Source: Ostrea edulis (Eukaryota). Taken from it: a stretch of DNA of 64,000 nucleotides. A program made the translations under genes and the position numbers. Location of the stretch: positions 90,830,001-90,894,000 of the forward strand of contig NC_079167.1 of NCBI RefSeq assembly GCF_947568905.1, read 5' to 3'. The notes under the pieces were generated by a model. It did not search any database, was not told the origin of the DNA, and saw only the letters and a program-made list of their open reading frames with translations. Positions 63,598 to 64,000 of this stretch are shown in pieces; within the stretch, counting starts at the first letter, position 1; every line of letters starts with the position of its first letter.

Positions 63598-64000
63598 TTT
63601 GTCTTGATGTGTATGGATTATAAATGATTCTCTTCTGTCTTGATGTGTATGGATTATAAATGATTCTCTTCTGTCTTGATGTGTATGGATTATAGATGAT
63701 TCTCTTCTGTCTTGATGTGTATGGATTATAAATGATTCTCTTCTGTCTTGATGTGTATGGATTATAAATGATTCTCTTCTGTCTTGATGTGTATGGATTA
63801 TAGATGATAATCTTCTGTCTTGATGTGTATGGATTATAGAAAATAATCTTCTGTCTTGATGTGTATGGATTATAGAAAATAATCTTCTGTCTTGATGTGT
63901 ATGGATTATAAATGATTCTCTTCTGTCTTGATGTGTATGGATTATAGATGATAATCTTCTGTCTTGATGTGTATGGATTATAAATGATTCTCTTCTGTCT
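63598..64000. repeat. 36-bp minisatellite, at least 11 copies, running off the window
   Basis: (gtcttgatgtgtatggattataaatgattctcttct)n. Confidence 0.95.

Noticed and set aside
56534-64000. CRISPR-like arrays
   Set aside because: Units are head-to-tail with no unique spacers, there are no cas genes, and the context is eukaryotic introns. They are minisatellites.

Overview
AT-rich eukaryotic genomic DNA with spliceosomal introns, most likely an oyster (Ostreidae). This is inferred from a ~166-bp Cg170/HindIII-type satellite array inside a Helentron-like element; the species cannot be fixed from the sequence. Five host genes were reconstructed exon by exon by hand: a KLF10/11 (cabut-type) zinc-finger factor (-), an F-box/LRR protein (FBXL12-like, +), SMIM15 (-), a P4HTM-like prolyl 4-hydroxylase (+), and an alpha-L-fucosidase (+) that runs off the window and carries an in-frame TAG. 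The rest is a dense, often nested transposon landscape: a near-intact Tc1, a complete two-gene PIF/Harbinger element, CR1-, RTE-X- and Penelope-like retroelement fragments, tRNA-derived SINEs, Helentron satellite carriers and MITEs with 3-, 4-, 5-, 6-, 8- and 9-bp TSDs. I see no convincing novel multi-gene system. The best leads are (i) minisatellites that amplify splice junctions of the fucosidase gene, including a destroyed acceptor with a possible repeat-made microexon rescue, (ii) SINE copies repeatedly hit by different DNA transposons, twice at overlapping target sites, (iii) a Harbinger with an intact transposase and a partner gene broken by one base, and (iv) a P4HTM orthologue with a signal peptide, a KEEL end and a probable GC-AG intron. 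Family names come from recalled motifs, not database searches.
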